A stretch of DNA of 64,000 bases. Source: Squalus acanthias (lineage: Eukaryota). The translations under genes and the position numbers were made by a program. The stretch spans positions 70,620,001-70,684,000 of the forward strand of contig CM059438.1 of the NCBI GenBank assembly GCA_030390025.1, written 5' to 3'. The notes below the pieces were generated by a model that saw nothing but the letters and a program-made list of their open reading frames with translations, had not been told where the DNA came from and ran no database searches. Below, in pieces: positions 36,044 through 49,869 of this stretch. Each line of letters begins with the position of its first letter. Position 1 is the first letter of the stretch.

Positions 36044-36599
36044 ATGGAGTCTACAACAGAGGAGAGAGGTGGCTATATTTATTACCTTCTGTGGCCCTTC
36101 CTCCTCTGTTCAAGGTTAAAAGACAACATAGTGTTCAGGTGAATCTTCTACCTGCGAAGACAACTATCCAGGAGATAGTTTCTTCCGCTACACTTCCTCA
36201 CTTCCAATCAGTCTTTTTGATTGTTCCTTCTTTCGATTACTTACCAGGCCAGGAAAGATTTAACGCTGGGTCTAAATTTGTCAGATCATAATGTCTCTAT
36301 GTTAAAGTAATATTTTGTATAGTAGATCTTATAGCAACAGGGTGCAGCTGCAGGCACATGTGACAAGGACAGATGTTGACCCTACTGGTTGTTGGCTGAG
36401 GAGCACTGGAAGAGCTAGAATATTGGTACTGGGTTCCAACAGGCACGTTAAAGCTTTTTGTAACACAATTCATTCTCCAACAATCCCAGTACAGTAAACG
36501 CCAGTTAAATCTGACACATTCTGGAACAGAGCTTCACATGCTGGAGAAGCTGGATGGAAATCTTTGCTGCTGGAATTTGTGGATTGATAAAAAAGGTCA

Positions 36600-37700
36600 A
36601 AGCACAGCTGCAGCAACTCTTCTGTTCCTGACATAAACCTGGAGGTCTGGCTTAAGCACTAGCAACAATTGCGTTGCTGTTTCTCAATGATGGTGGAGAG
36701 GACTGACATCTCTCTCCTATTGTAAAAGGTGGACTCTGGCATAATGTAGGCCATCTTCATCCAGCCAATTGGTTGTAATAACTTTGGAATATACCGAGTT
36801 CGGAAGCATGAGATATGTCTTCTCTGATCTTCCATTTTCCATTATATGATAGATTTAGTCTTTGTATAGCAGCTAAGAGGCCAAATATGACAAGTAGGAA
36901 TGAACTTTCTTGAGGATTCCTTTTGTTTTATGGCTTTGTCCTGTCATTTTTACAGTCCGATTGCCCTAGGGGATAGGCAAACAGTGAATGTAACTGAAAA
37001 GAATTTAGTGACCTTAAAGGGAAGAGGTGGTGAGTGATTCTACAATAAATCTTTCTGATTTGATCTTCAGTGCTGAAGATAATATAACATTTGTCAGCCC
37101 ACACAGCAGTTCTGCTTGTAGTGATTCTTATCTTGTTTATCTTTCATATGGGATGTTTGTCACTCTGTGGAAGGCAGTGTCATTCAACAAAAACATTTTC
37201 CAGACATCCAGAAGATCATTGATTAGCATGAAGAACAATGTGGATTCTAGATCACTTTGCTGAGGGCAGCCCGCAGAGGGGTGACAAGAAGAGAAATATC
37301 CATTTATCATGACCGAGTATTTGTATTCCGTGCATGGTGTATCCAATTCAGAACTTCACCAGATAGACCAAAAGAGACCATTTTGTGGTGCCTGGATACC
37401 ATGAATCATTGCGATCTCTGCCAATTTTGAAGGTTCATCCTATGACTTGGTGCTTGGGCATCAACAGAGTTGCTTTATTTCTAGACTGAGAGATTGAGAT
37501 GTTACTGCTTTGGTGCTTTTAGCTGAACTTCGATTAATGCTTAAATTACAATGGAGATTACATAACAGTTTATCTTTTCATTATGATTTCTATGATGTTT
37601 GGCGTGATTGCCAGTAGAGATATTTCTTTGTAGCTATCAGGGCCTAACTGATTCCTCTCTAGCAGAATGCCTGCTACTTTTCACTCAGACGGTACAATAT
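36600..37700 (-). pseudogene. Very old non-LTR RT relic, clade unassigned, boundaries uncertain
   Basis: PDSYKEISLLAITPNIIEII (about 37641-37582) and SVMINGYFSS...GCPQQSDLESTLFFMLINDL occur in correct RT order. Confidence 0.55.
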
Positions 37701-38728
37701 AGTTTCATTGGTTTAAATGAAAAGATGAACCAAGGAGAATAAACTTGGGCTCCTAAGCTATCTGGGCTAATTGCTTTTCTGGGAGCTGTTTGTGGTTTGT
37801 CACACTTTGATGGATGTTCCAGCATCCCCTTTTGTTTAGAAATGTTCAGAATATGTATTTTTCACCTTATCCACAAAGATGCAGCATGTGACCCTTTCCT
37901 TCTTGGAGGAATAATAGTGGGGCTAGGCTGGATGTTGGATACAGATTTATTTTTCTTCCGTCACCCTCTGGATGCTGCCTAAGAATGATTCAATTTGTGC
38001 TTATTACCGACAAGCTGACGATGCAATATTTTTATAGTGTGGAGGTAAGAAACAACATCCTTTTGGTTTTATGAACCTCTTCATTTGCTCATCTACTAAA
38101 ACACTGGTGGTGTCATCGTCATCTTGATCTCATCTCTGTATTTTTCACACATCTTTTTCTTGGACTTCCCATGATGGTCCAATTTGATCGAAAAATTATA
38201 ATTGTCACGATTCAGGCTCTGATACTTGCTACTCGTTCTCAATGCAAAAGTCAGGCTTCGTGGCCAAGGACACACATCCTTTCAACCGAAATGTGACTTT
38301 CTGCGCAAAGTATTTATGGCCAATGTGAACAGTGAACCTTTTTATGTTCTTGGTATGTAAACTAGAAACAATATTGGATAATCTTGGAACTCCTGACCTC
38401 TGCTAAAGTTAGTGGAAAATAACATGGTTTTAAAGGCATCAAGGCAACTGATTAAGCAACTCACATTCTTTCAGGACAAGTCAAAACTGCAGAGTGTTGC
38501 TTGCAGGAGCCCTTACTGGAACAAATGAAAAAGTCATAGATTGTAGAGCACATTAAGTGATACTTAACTCCTAATGCGAAGCTTCTTTAGACAAGAGCAC
38601 AGACTGGAGAATTGAACTGAAGTGTTGTCAGCATTCTGCCTAGCAGAACTCTATGTTGAGAGCAAAGCCTGACTGAATTTACCCTGTAAGCATATGCAGT
38701 TGATAGCCTATTAGTCAATGTTACGTGT

Positions 38729-38925
38729 ACAAAAATGAGAAGTCGCACAACACCAGGTTATAGTCCAACAGTTTTATTTGAAATCACGAGCTTTCGGAGC
38801 GCTGCTCCTTTGTCAGGTAAAGCGCTCCGAAAGCTCGTGATTTCAAATAAAACTGTTGGACTATAACCTGGTGTTGTGCGACTTCTCATTTTTGTCCACC
38901 CCAGTCCAACACCGGCATCTCCGCA
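38729..38925. mobile_element. Penelope-like pLTR foldback insertion (family B)
   Basis: Perfect 75-bp inverted repeat (38729-38803 and 38821-38895); 14-bp TSD TCAATGTTAMGTGT (38715-38728 and 38926-38939). Confidence 0.92.
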
Positions 38926-41315
38926 TCAATGTTAAGTGTGTGAGAGAGCTTGCATCTTCTATTACTTGTTAAACAATCAACATAATCAAAGGTGAGACAC
39001 CCCTCCCCTTTGAAATCATCTACATACTTGATAGATTTGGGTTTTTCCCCACCTTCCCCCTCATCTGAGAAACACAGACAACTGTCCCAGAAAGCACAGA
39101 AGACACTTTAAAAACTGTTAAAATGCTGGCAAGCTACCAACTCAGAGTAAAAGAATATATAGTGTAGGCAGTCTCATGATGATGTAACCTGCTTTACCTC
39201 CCCAATGATTGGGTAAACCTTCTCTCATGGTCTTTGCACATGTTGTATGTAGGTATGACATCAACAAGAACTCAGATTTACAAATTCCCCATTTGAATGC
39301 ACAAAACAGGTGTTGGACAACCTGAACTGTGGCTATCTGATTGGCATAGAATTACTGTTATATAGATAATAGCATAACCACAACAGAGGTATTTACTCAG
39401 CCAATTACAGCTCATGACATGAAAACACAGTGGAGTGTATTTTCAACATTTAGAACAAGTATTGAAGTTCAACTAATTTGGGTCACTGGTAGCACCTATC
39501 AATGCGTCTGGGTTTCCTCTGCTCAGTTCCGTGCCTCACAAATTGAATAATCTCACCCACAGAAACCAGCTAATCAGTGTATATTTTCACCGATGGCCAG
39601 TTTCACATTTTGCAGATAACAAGCTGTTTAATCGCCATTTGTTGTGAGTCATTTACATCTCCACACTTTATACGAGGGAGCAAAGCAGAAATGGGTGAGG
39701 GTAATACATTTGCTAGTAAATTTACAAAAACTATCAGCCGCTCTTCATCAGTTTACTCACTTCTTTTTCTTAACACTTTACACGGTGAGGAAAATATTCT
39801 CTATTGAAGACTCCCGCCATCTGATGTAGATTTACATCAGATGTAAAACTGTAGAGTCCCACCTTTAAAGCAATTGCAGCATCTTTCAATCTGTGCCAGG
39901 TAAAGAGCATTAGAGTTTAATAAAGAGAAGAGAGGACTTTCTATTCAGTTTTATAGTTGAATAACAGCAAATAAGATTGAAACCAGCATTCACCTCGATT
40001 GTTACTAGGTATCTTAATTCTATTAGTATATACCAGGAACTTATGACATATTGTTGATAAGCATATAAATAGATACTACTCTTTTTTCTAACTGCTCAGA
40101 AATACAATTGTGTTAAACAGGACCAGTGAAAGAGACAGACATAGCCAAGAATCAGCACATAATCCATCAACAGCAAGCTACTCCGGTTAATTCAAAGTTG
40201 CTTAATTCAAATTACTGGATGTTTCAGTTTTTTACGCAGACAGTAATACTGTTTTGTAATGGAACATGTTGAAGGCTGGTCTTGCTTCACTTAACTGCTC
40301 TTTTCTAATGTTTATTTTACTTCAGTATTTTTTACTTAAAAGCAAACGTGTAGCATAATACCAATAAACTTTGGAATCCCAATATGCACCTTCAAAGAAA
40401 CAGTTCCTGCACACTAATAAACACCTCAACCCATTGGCTTGGTGTTTATTCAGTGTGCAGAAGCTGTTTATTACCTTGTTCACTCTGGGATTCCTAGGTG
40501 TATTGCTTAATTCCATTTGAGAGAAAATATTTTACTCAATCATTAATTCTTGGTAAGTTCAATTATATATTTTTAGCTCTGTTTTGTCTTTTTGTAGCAG
40601 TTAACCTGTGTTCATGTTTCAAAAAAGATTATTTTGTTAACTGCAGTTGACTCACCATCAATTAAATTTTATTTTACGCCAGCTGTTTCAGCTTCTTTAT
40701 GACACTGCTGACTTGGCTGCAATCCCTGAAGTCAGTTCAAGACAACAGTCTTGACAGTATGATGGATCTGCTGGATTCTTTCGTGTGTTCAATGGTGTTG
40801 TTGCCCTTGAAAAGTGTTCTGCCAACCTTGTTTTGTTTGTTTGTCAACAAACGCCACGAATTACATCATCCATAACAGGTTTGACCTGTCCACAGAATTT
40901 TCATCCTCGCCCCTTCTCCAAAATGAATGCATGTCACAGTGCCAGTAACCATGACAGCCATTTAACTCCTCACAGTGGTCGAGGTACTGGGCTCAGGTGA
41001 ACGCAGTAGGCAGAATTTGAATGGACTAAGCTGAAAACTCCGCACATTAAGCACAGCGCAGCATGAGCTTGTGAGCGTACTTAACCCTATAAAGCTGTTT
41101 TTGTTGGAACAACAAAAAATTATATTTTATTTTACATGACCTTGGAATCAGTGTTAGTAGCATTCCTCCACACGGTTCACATTCCTAAAAAGATCGAGTT
41201 TGGCTCTATTTATTTCTGAGGCAGCTCAGATTGTTTGTTGCAAACAAATTATAAAATAAAATGACATACAGTACTGCACATTTCTTGATTTTTTTAGGTT
41301 AAAAATAGCCTCTGT

Positions 41316-41399
41316 AGATATAACTCTCCGTTATCCGGTACTTTCGATAAACCGGCACCACGCCGGTCCCGTCGATGCCGGATAAACGAAAGTTTCCTG
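41316..41399 (-). mobile_element. Solo end of a pogo-like MITE related to 20574-20937
   Basis: Reverse complement of about 20574-20657; ends CCTG followed by TA. Confidence 0.8.
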
Positions 41400-43823
41400 T
41401 ACTTGCATTTTACAGCCTGAACACATTGAAACACCTCGCGTGCTTCACACAATGAATGACATTGAACAACAGTAATTGCATTTCTCCTGCTGAATCCTTA
41501 TATAATGGATGTCAGCTCCTGCTAAAGATTCGCATTCATTCAGCAAGGGCACTGATGTGCTGGTAGTAACTAGTGATCCCAGCATGGCAGAGCTAACACT
41601 GAACGTAAGCTCATGACCGCTGCAAACATTTGTGGCTTGAGATGAAAGTGAGAGGCTAGCTGCAACTCACTACTACTGGTGTGTTGGTCTGTTTATTCTG
41701 TGGACACCTGGCTCCAAATCGAACCTAAAGTTGGTCTTTAAATTAATTCTGGATTACTGGGCACTTCTGTCAACCATTAAATAGTGTTTCACATATGCAA
41801 ACTATCAATTTTAATTTTAATTTATGTGAAATAGATTACATCCACTGAAAAAAAACCTGATTTATTCTTGACTTGATGGGTTGAAGCTCAGGTGTAATGC
41901 AGGTATGTAATGGCAGGGAATAATTTTGCTCAAAGTAATTAGGTGCACAGCAAGTAAATGGATTGTTTATCATTCACCCTCCCTCTCTCATAATCTCTGG
42001 GGTTTACTTAAGTTTGTTCTATCTGAGGAGGAAGAAGGCATGGAGCACAACCAGATTTGAATTAATAACTAGGGACTTGATGTTCACTATATTTGGAATC
42101 TTACTGACGTAATTTTATATTTCCTGAGGGAATGTAAACAGCAGTGTAAGCACATTAACTATAGATTCTTTGGATGGGTTATTGGACCCATTTTATTTTC
42201 TTTCATTCTGAATCTCTTCTTGTGGAAGAATTCATAAAAAGAGGTTTTAGATTTGCTTGTTCAACTAATTATTGCTTTCACTTTGAATATGATCTGAATT
42301 TGTAATTACCTCACTGATAGAAGTTGTGATTTTGAAAACCTTAACATGAGGCAAAACCGTGAAATACAGCACTTTCAGGAAATGCCAAAAAAATTGCTTT
42401 CCGAGCCAAGGTTTCTATTCCCGCTGAAAGTAATTGGCAATGGTCGCTTTATTATATTTACCTAGCATTTAATGTGCCAGAAGTTTTTATGTGTTTTAGT
42501 TTTAGAACAGTTTAAATTTCCTGTGCAGTCATCATCAAATATTCACTGAGATGACCAAATTGCATGTAGGCATAAATCCCATGGTTACCCTGTATCTTCA
42601 TGCTATCCAATGTAAGTGAAAGCAGCTGCCTCACATGAAAATCATAGTGAAAACATTCCAAATTTCAATACTCCATGCATTTTTTTATTCTCCTTATTTA
42701 AAATAATAGCATTTCTGTACATTTTAAGGCATGCACAGAGTGAACTAAGATAGGGACTTTGGAATAAGAACTGCCTTAGCTTTGATTGATCGAACATGAC
42801 GTAATTATGACAATAGAAATTTGTCAGATTCGATAAGGGATGTAAACATTCTGTTTCTCCAGAAATGTTGGCATTTAAACGTGAAATGTAAAAATGTAAG
42901 CCTAGAAATTACTGTTTGCGATATGAACAAAATCCTCTGGGTTTTTAAGGAAGGACTATCTCAGCTAAAATAGTGGATCGAGAAATTGGAGATGAACATT
43001 TTGGTGTTTGCATGCTTATGTCACAAACAGTGATGTCCAGACTATTTTTCTTACATTTATTCCCTTCTGTACTTTTCACTATGACTTTGCAAAGTAGAGA
43101 ATGTCAATGTGTTTAGAAATGATTACTCGACAATGCTGTTCAATAGAGTTGAACTCCTGCATGTTGGAGCATTATAACTAAATGATAAATGGTTAAAATG
43201 AGTGAGTTATAATCAATTGGTGTCAAGTATGCGCAAATCTAATACAATAGGTGCAATTCCCTGAATGTAAGCAAACAGTTATGCAATCCCAGTTCAATCC
43301 CAATTTTGGGCCTAATGAGAAACATTTAGGGCGCTAAATTCAGTTCCGTAGCGCCGTTTTTTGGATGCTACGAGTGCCCTTAGAGGTCGAAAATGGCGTC
43401 CGGCGCATGCGCGCACACGTGTGGGGCAAATCGTGCCAGACGCCATATTGGTGAGGGCGTTAGCACGCGCGCAGTGAGCATCCTCCGGAAGTATGCAGAG
43501 CAGTCAGATCTTGACATCGCTGATTTGACGCCAGCGCTGCAATTTTGGAGCTCAACGCGCCCTCTCTTAAGCTCGCGCAGCTGAACACACGTTCAGCAGC
43601 AGGAAGGGCCCACCACCAGTGCTATTTAAAGGGATCAACAACAATTTACAGGTTAGTCGCTGGCTGATTTCTTCTGGCGGTTGGTACGATTCTGCAAGTG
43701 GTTGGTGTTTTCTATAGTTGCTTCAAGTTGCAAAAGTCTACCGGGCGTGATGTGCCAGGTGCTGAAGGACTTTTTCCTGACTTCAAGACATCCACACAAA
43801 CCACTTGCTGACAGACGTGGGTG

Positions 43824-44924
43824 ATGGGTGCACTGGTAGGAATTCCCCTTGGAATACAGCATGACTTGGAGAATGAACAGAAGCCACGCAGAGCAGGACA
43901 AGCTGCTGGAAGAGGAGGAGGGAGAGAAGGGCTCTCAGCAGGAGGCCATATCCGCCTCGAGTTCTCAGGGAGCAATTCTCCTACCTGAACCTCAGCGAAG
44001 AACAATGTGTGAGATGTCTGTGCTTCAGTAAGGACATCCTCACTGAAATCTGCCACCTGCTGCAGCCACAACTGCAACCTCAGAGCAGGGCAAGGACCGC
44101 TTTGCCAGTGGCTGTGTAGGTGACCATGGCGATGAACTTTTATGCGTCGGGCTACTTCTAGGCTGGAGCTGGAGATATTTGCAACATCTCGCAGTTTGCT
44201 GTCCACTGCGTAAAGGAGGTCACTGAGGCTCTCTATTCAAAGAGAGCTGACTACATTTGATTCGCTCTTGCCAGAGAGCAGCAGGCGGAGTGAGCACGTG
44301 GCTTCACTAGGATTGCAGGCTACCCCATGGTGTAGGGTGCCATTGACTATATGCACATTGCTTTGCGGGCGCCACATGTCAACTCTGCCATGTACCGGAA
44401 CCGAAAGGGGTTCCACTCCCTCAACGTCCAGCTGGTGTGCAACCATAGGCAGAGAATCATGCAGGTCAATGCCCGGTATCCTGGCAGCAGTCATGATGCC
44501 TTCATTCTGCGGCAGTCCGCTGTGCCAGCTGCATTTGAGCCATCACAGCAAACCAAAGGGTGGCTACTAGGCGACAAGGGCTATCCTCTGACAACAAGGT
44601 TCATGACTCCGGTGCGCAACCCACGCATACATAGGAAGCATGCATACAATGAAAGCCATTGGCGTACTGAAATAACGCTTCCACTGCCTGAACCGCTCTG
44701 GAGAAGCCCTGCGGTACTCGGCAGAGCGGGTGTCAAGATTCATGGTGGCCTGCTGCATGCTGCACTACTTCGCCATCATGAGGGCACAGCCCTTGCCACC
44801 AGCGATACGGTGAGCAGCCGAGGAGCAGGAGGAGGAGGTGGAAGAGGAAGGGAGGAGGCAGCCTAGGCAGTCCCTTCCTGGCCGGGCTGACCGTGAAGAA
44901 CTCGTCCGAGTGCGATACCAATAA
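43824..44924 (+). pseudogene. Harbinger DDE transposase with multiple stops and frameshifts
   Basis: [47 protein letters not shown]. Confidence 0.92.
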
Positions 44925-45095
44925 ACACAACCCCAGTTTCCCCATTCAGCAACAGTCCCACAAATTACGGACCATCACGGTTGGCCACAATGCAAAAATA
45001 AAAGCCACCACAAAATAAACATTCCAAACCAAATTTATAAATCAAAACATACCATATTGCATATAAACGTAAACCAATCACCCTTGTGCATTCTC

Positions 45096-46149
45096 TTAGT
45101 GCCTGTCTTCTGTGTGCCTTTGCCTGTCCTTGTGCTCCTATGCAGTGCTACCCCAGTGGCTGCAGCATGGCTGGTGGAAAGCTGCTGACTTTCAGTGGCA
45201 GAGACTGCAGATGGCCTTGGAGGATGACCGCGAGCAGCTCTGGGCCGAGAAGGCCCGGCTGCGGACTGCTGAGCTGGTGGCTGCGAGTGTGAAATCGAGT
45301 GACTGTTTCTGCAGCATCACTGTCTTGTTGCTCTTCCACCACTGCCTGGCTAGGTTGCAGTTCGTGGGTATCTGAAAGGAGAAAGGCACAAGGGTAAGGT
45401 TGTGATGAGGTGTGAAGGGCACAGCAAGAGGTGCATGCTTACACCATCTGCAGCTTGTAAATCAGAGGAGATTGTAAGATGAGGGGCAAGTGGGATGTGA
45501 GAAGGAAGATTAGGTATGAGGATACCATCATCTCAGCAATGGCCTTTCCAACAATGGCCAGCACTGCCTCCTCCCTGAAGGTAAGGACGTGCAGGCACAC
45601 CTGTCCCACGCCCGTTAACTCCTGCTGCCTCTGGTTGTGCGCTAACTTGTCCTGCAAGAGAGAGGGAAATGTGTCAGTGGGTGTTGTGGCTGTCATGGTT
45701 GAATAGCTAGCAGTGTGTGCGAGTTGTGAGATGTGGGTGTGAGGCTTGCAGCAGTGCTAAGTGTGTGAGGTGAAGCTATGAATGTTAGGTATGAGTCCTG
45801 ATTGATAGAGATTGTTGATAGGTAAGTGATGGGGGTGTGGTGCATTGAGCAGTGGCTGAAGCTAATTGTGCAGTTGGTAGGATATGACATTTGAAGATGC
45901 ATTCTCTGACCTTGACCACTCGTGTGAGGTCATTGAACTTCTTGCGGGACTGCATCCAGGTCCTCGAGGCTTGACTCCTGGCATTGAACGCAATGGTTAT
46001 CTACTCCCACTGCCTTCTGAGCGTGTGTCTGGAGGGCCTCCTGGTGCCTTGTGGATACAGCACATATCTCCTCCTTTCCACCTCCTCCACCAAGGCCTCC
46101 AGTGCAGCGTCAGAAAACCTTGGAACCCGTGCTCTCCCTGTTGTGCCAT
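45096..46149 (-). pseudogene. Three-exon Myb/SANT-like gene (exons about 46149-45911, 45651-45526, 45371-45096)
   Basis: PRFSDAALEALVEEV...W; AAG/GTCAGA donor; TTGCAG/ DKLAHNQRQQELTGVG; TTTCAG/ last exon with a basic C-terminus. Confidence 0.8.
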
Positions 46150-47900
46150 TATTGAGTGTTTCCCAGGTCAGAATCCACCACATGCTCCAGCCACAATGCA
46201 CCTCCCTTTTAAGAGGTGCAGGCTGGCTTTAAGCAGTACAGTCTAGCTTTAAGTGGTGCTGGCCTCTCACGATTTTGGGCCCCCTGCTGATGCGTGCAAC
46301 CAATCAATAATGTGGTTAGCGCTGGCTGCACGCTGCAATCATGGAAATGAGCAGGAAGCACAAAGTTGGCGTGCTGCCCGCATCATATTGAACGGGCACG
46401 GGTTAATCACGCATTGCGATCCAGCGTCCGTTTTCGGGGGCTATCGAATTTAGCCCCTTAGCATTTTTTTTCTCAGATGTTGAAGAAATACAGTGAAAGC
46501 CACAGAACGTTTTCTGAATACCTCTTAAGGGCTATTTACTAAAGCTTTTGTTGAAAAGTCTGAGGATCTGTGAAGAACTGAAAATTGCACAATATTGGGC
46601 AATCCAGATGAATAGCCTTTGGGGATATAAAGGCGCGTGCTGCAGGCGTCTTACAGAACTCTGCTCAATTTGGGAAGTGTATCAACACACACAAATCAGA
46701 ATCAGCCAGGCAGAACGCCCAGATAGTTTTATAGAACTGCCAGCTGGTTCTGCCAAACCGAGAGATGGTGCAGATTAACCAGCACCCCCAAAATGTTGTG
46801 TAAACTTTTGAGGAGAAGGGAATACGTTGTTCCATCCTCTTTTTTTTTCAAGCTCCCAGGAGTCTACCAAGACTCCATAAAAGTAGTCTTTTAACCTCTG
46901 CAGTACGATCACACGCTACTCGCTCAATTCATCGACCTTAAAATCAAGTATTGGATTTTCTGGTGTAGGTGTCATCTCAGATACCTTATGTGCTTCAGCC
47001 GAGGAAGAAGAGGGTACCGCGCAAAATGACTCAGAGGATACTGTGTTTTATAAAGATAGGGGCATTACACCATGTAAAGCACAGTGCATTATTTTGCTGC
47101 CAAGGCAGAGCTGTGTTTTATCTGCCCTGTCTAATTTTGTGAATAGACACAGCCCAGGTCAGCTGGAGGCTAATTGTTGTTGGGTACATCCCAAGGGCAA
47201 TTTTTCCCTTTCTTTAGTATGGTCTTATAAGATTCTCCTCCTTGTCTGTTCAATTGCAAGTTGTTGCTGCTTTATGAATATGATATTTGAGCTAAGTAGG
47301 TGCATGAGTGACACTTCCAATTATGATCGTCACACGAGACTTAAACGTTTCTATATATTAGCAGTTCACCAGTGGCATTGCTCACAGTACGTCAACTGAT
47401 ATGCAGTTCTTTTAAGCCAGGAGTTTTATGCCATATAATACTCATTATATTTATTCTGATAATTTCAGGGCAAAAAAAAGGCATTTTTCTGGACGTGTCA
47501 GCAGTCTAAGGGTTAATCCTGGTGTTCAACAAGATTTTTCCAGAGATTTCATTTCCGCAATCCAGAACTGTGCAAATACCCTGGATGAGCAAACGAATAA
47601 AATGAACACCACGGGTTTATAGATCTGGAAAAGTTTTCTTAATTAGTGAATGCAGGTGTCATTGTAGCTGCTGTATGCAAGTTCAGTTCTGCTGTGTATT
47701 TTTTTGGATTGAACCTAAAAAATTACATAATGTAGAGAGATTTTGTATGTTTTTATTTTTCTTCTTAACTTAGCAGCAGAGTATTTGGAGAGTTGTGTGA
47801 AATTATAAATATCTCCCCGAGTGAAGTGGGTCGGGTAACTGATGGGATAGTCACGAGACTCTCCTCCAATAACAAGTGCAAGGAGCTCATGGACTTCTAT

Positions 47901-48770
47901 GGCCTAGAAATTCGTGAACGCCACAAAAGCTGCTGGTGCCATTGTGGGCGGGTGTTAACAGCCGCCAAAGATTGCCGCTGGGGACTAATTAACATTCGCC
48001 CAGTGCTAAACTCACTGTGCAACACCGTCCTGGTGGTGTTTGTCCCGGCAGGAGGCCCCAATGTAGTGTGGCTGAAGCATCATTGCAGCAAGAACAGCCT
48101 GCTATGAAAGCAAGGCTGTCATTTCAGAAAGCAGTGTCAGTTTCTTAAAGGGGAACTGCCTTCTGAAATGAAAAGAATAAAAATCATGTAAAATTCGACA
48201 ATTTTTAGCCCTTACAGATCAACTGCCTTCTGAAAAATAATTAACATTAAAAAGAATTCCCAAATAGGAGTCTTCAGCTCTTAAAGTTGAATTCCCTTCC
48301 ACACCTAAAAAATGGGGAAAGTGCTTCAGCACGAACACAAATGGCTCAGCAAGCCAGGAAAGGGGCACCCAGGGTCTCGCACGCAGTACCCAAGCTTTGT
48401 GCAGGAGGCAGTCAACACTGCGAGACAGGCCCTCTACCCACAGGGGCCAGGAGGCCCTCCAGAAAAAACAATGTAGGACCACATCACCGAGGCCATCACT
48501 GCCAGCAGTGTCGCCCCCACAACCTGGTTCCAGTGCCCAAAGAAGCTTCATGACCTCAGACCAGTGGTCAAGGTCAGTGAATGCATCTTCAAAAGCCGTC
48601 TCTTACCAACTAGCCTCACACACTTCTCAATGCACAATTCCCACCCTCCCACCCCAATCACTCACCTACCAACAATTTGTACCAAAAGCGAGGCACATCT
48701 CCCATTCCTAGCTTCACCTGACTCCCTTGGAGGAGACGGTGCTGGCCATTCTTGGCAGGGGCATGAACCA
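47901..48770 (+). mobile_element. Harbinger remnant: left TIR plus Myb exon 1 (48341-48572) and intron pieces
   Basis: GGCCTAGAAATTCG terminus; GTGGTCAAG/GTCAGTGAATGCATCTTCAAA matches the exon 1/intron junction at 45911. Confidence 0.75.
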
Positions 48771-48888
48771 CAAGAACAATGTATGATTGGTTTTTGAAAG
48801 TCAGTGGAATCATGAGACTCAAATACCAGCTCAAACTAGATATTGTTTTTTCTCCATGTATGCTTTCCTACCATTGTACAGAGCTTAC

Positions 48889-49494
48889 AGGGTAGAGTTT
48901 GCACTTTGTGCACAATCGTCGATTCGGGCGCAAATTGCGCTCAAAATTGCGCTAGTTTTCCGAATTGATATTGATATATTTAATAGTGGTAACCTGGTGC
49001 AATTTTATTAATACAGCTGCATACAGCTGAATATGGGTTTATCACAAAAAAATAAGCATTTTTAATAAGAGTGTCTAGCCCACCATCCGTGAGTAACCCA
49101 ATTTTAAATAACTGAAAATGACTTTGAAAAACTGTACAGAACCATTTCCTAGTATCATTGGTGTACAGTAGTCAGTTTCTTAGTAAATTAAATATTGTTT
49201 AATATTTAAAAGCTTTTAAAAGGTCCCTATTCGTGCCCATGTGCCTAAAAAATAGTTTAATTTTGAGAGCTTGCTCGAAGGCCTGTTAACGGACGCAATT
49301 AGCAGAAACTCGCCATGGTGATTAATTCGATCTGGGGGGCGTGACCAGGTTTGTGGGCGGGGCCAGCTTCCAGCGCGATATTTTTTAAACCAACGCAAAA
49401 GATCACGGAAGCTTGAAATGCCTCGATCTCTGGCGCTGATTTGGGGCAAGTTGCGCTGAAAAAATACAGTGCAACCGAACGGAAACTCTACCCC
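48889..49494. mobile_element. MITE, probably Harbinger-type
   Basis: TIR GGGTAGAGTTT / AAACTCTACCC; homologous in opposite orientation to 62235-63560. Confidence 0.75.
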
Positions 49495-49869
49495 ATGTCT
49501 TTAGACATTGATTAAGGGTAATAAAGATGACTGCTAATGATAGACCTGAAGGTATGTAATATCAGGTAACTGGTACATTACTAAACCCAATTTCCAACTG
49601 CAGATTACTGGGAAATATAATACGGTATGCTACATACATAATCTACTTATTACATGCATAATATACATCATACATACATAATACTAAGCACTTCTTTTAC
49701 TAGTATGCCAAACATTGCATTTTCGTAGTAACCCAGAGAGAAATCATTCCAACCACTGGGTACAACAGATAGACTCAATTACAGAAACTCCCTTTATTTC
49801 CTGCCTCACATTGAGGTAAATGGGACGGAATTAGATGGAACCCAAGAGGTGAGATTCCCCACTGAAATA

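Larger units (their letters stand above)
43329..46457. mobile_element. PIF/Harbinger transposon with both ends (about 3.1 kb), decayed
   Basis: TIR GGGCGCTAAATTC / GAATTTAGCCCC; TSD TTA; convergent transposase and Myb genes. Confidence 0.92.

Noticed and set aside
46886..47399. Open frame of about 170 codons
   Set aside because: No recognisable homology or convincing splice structure.
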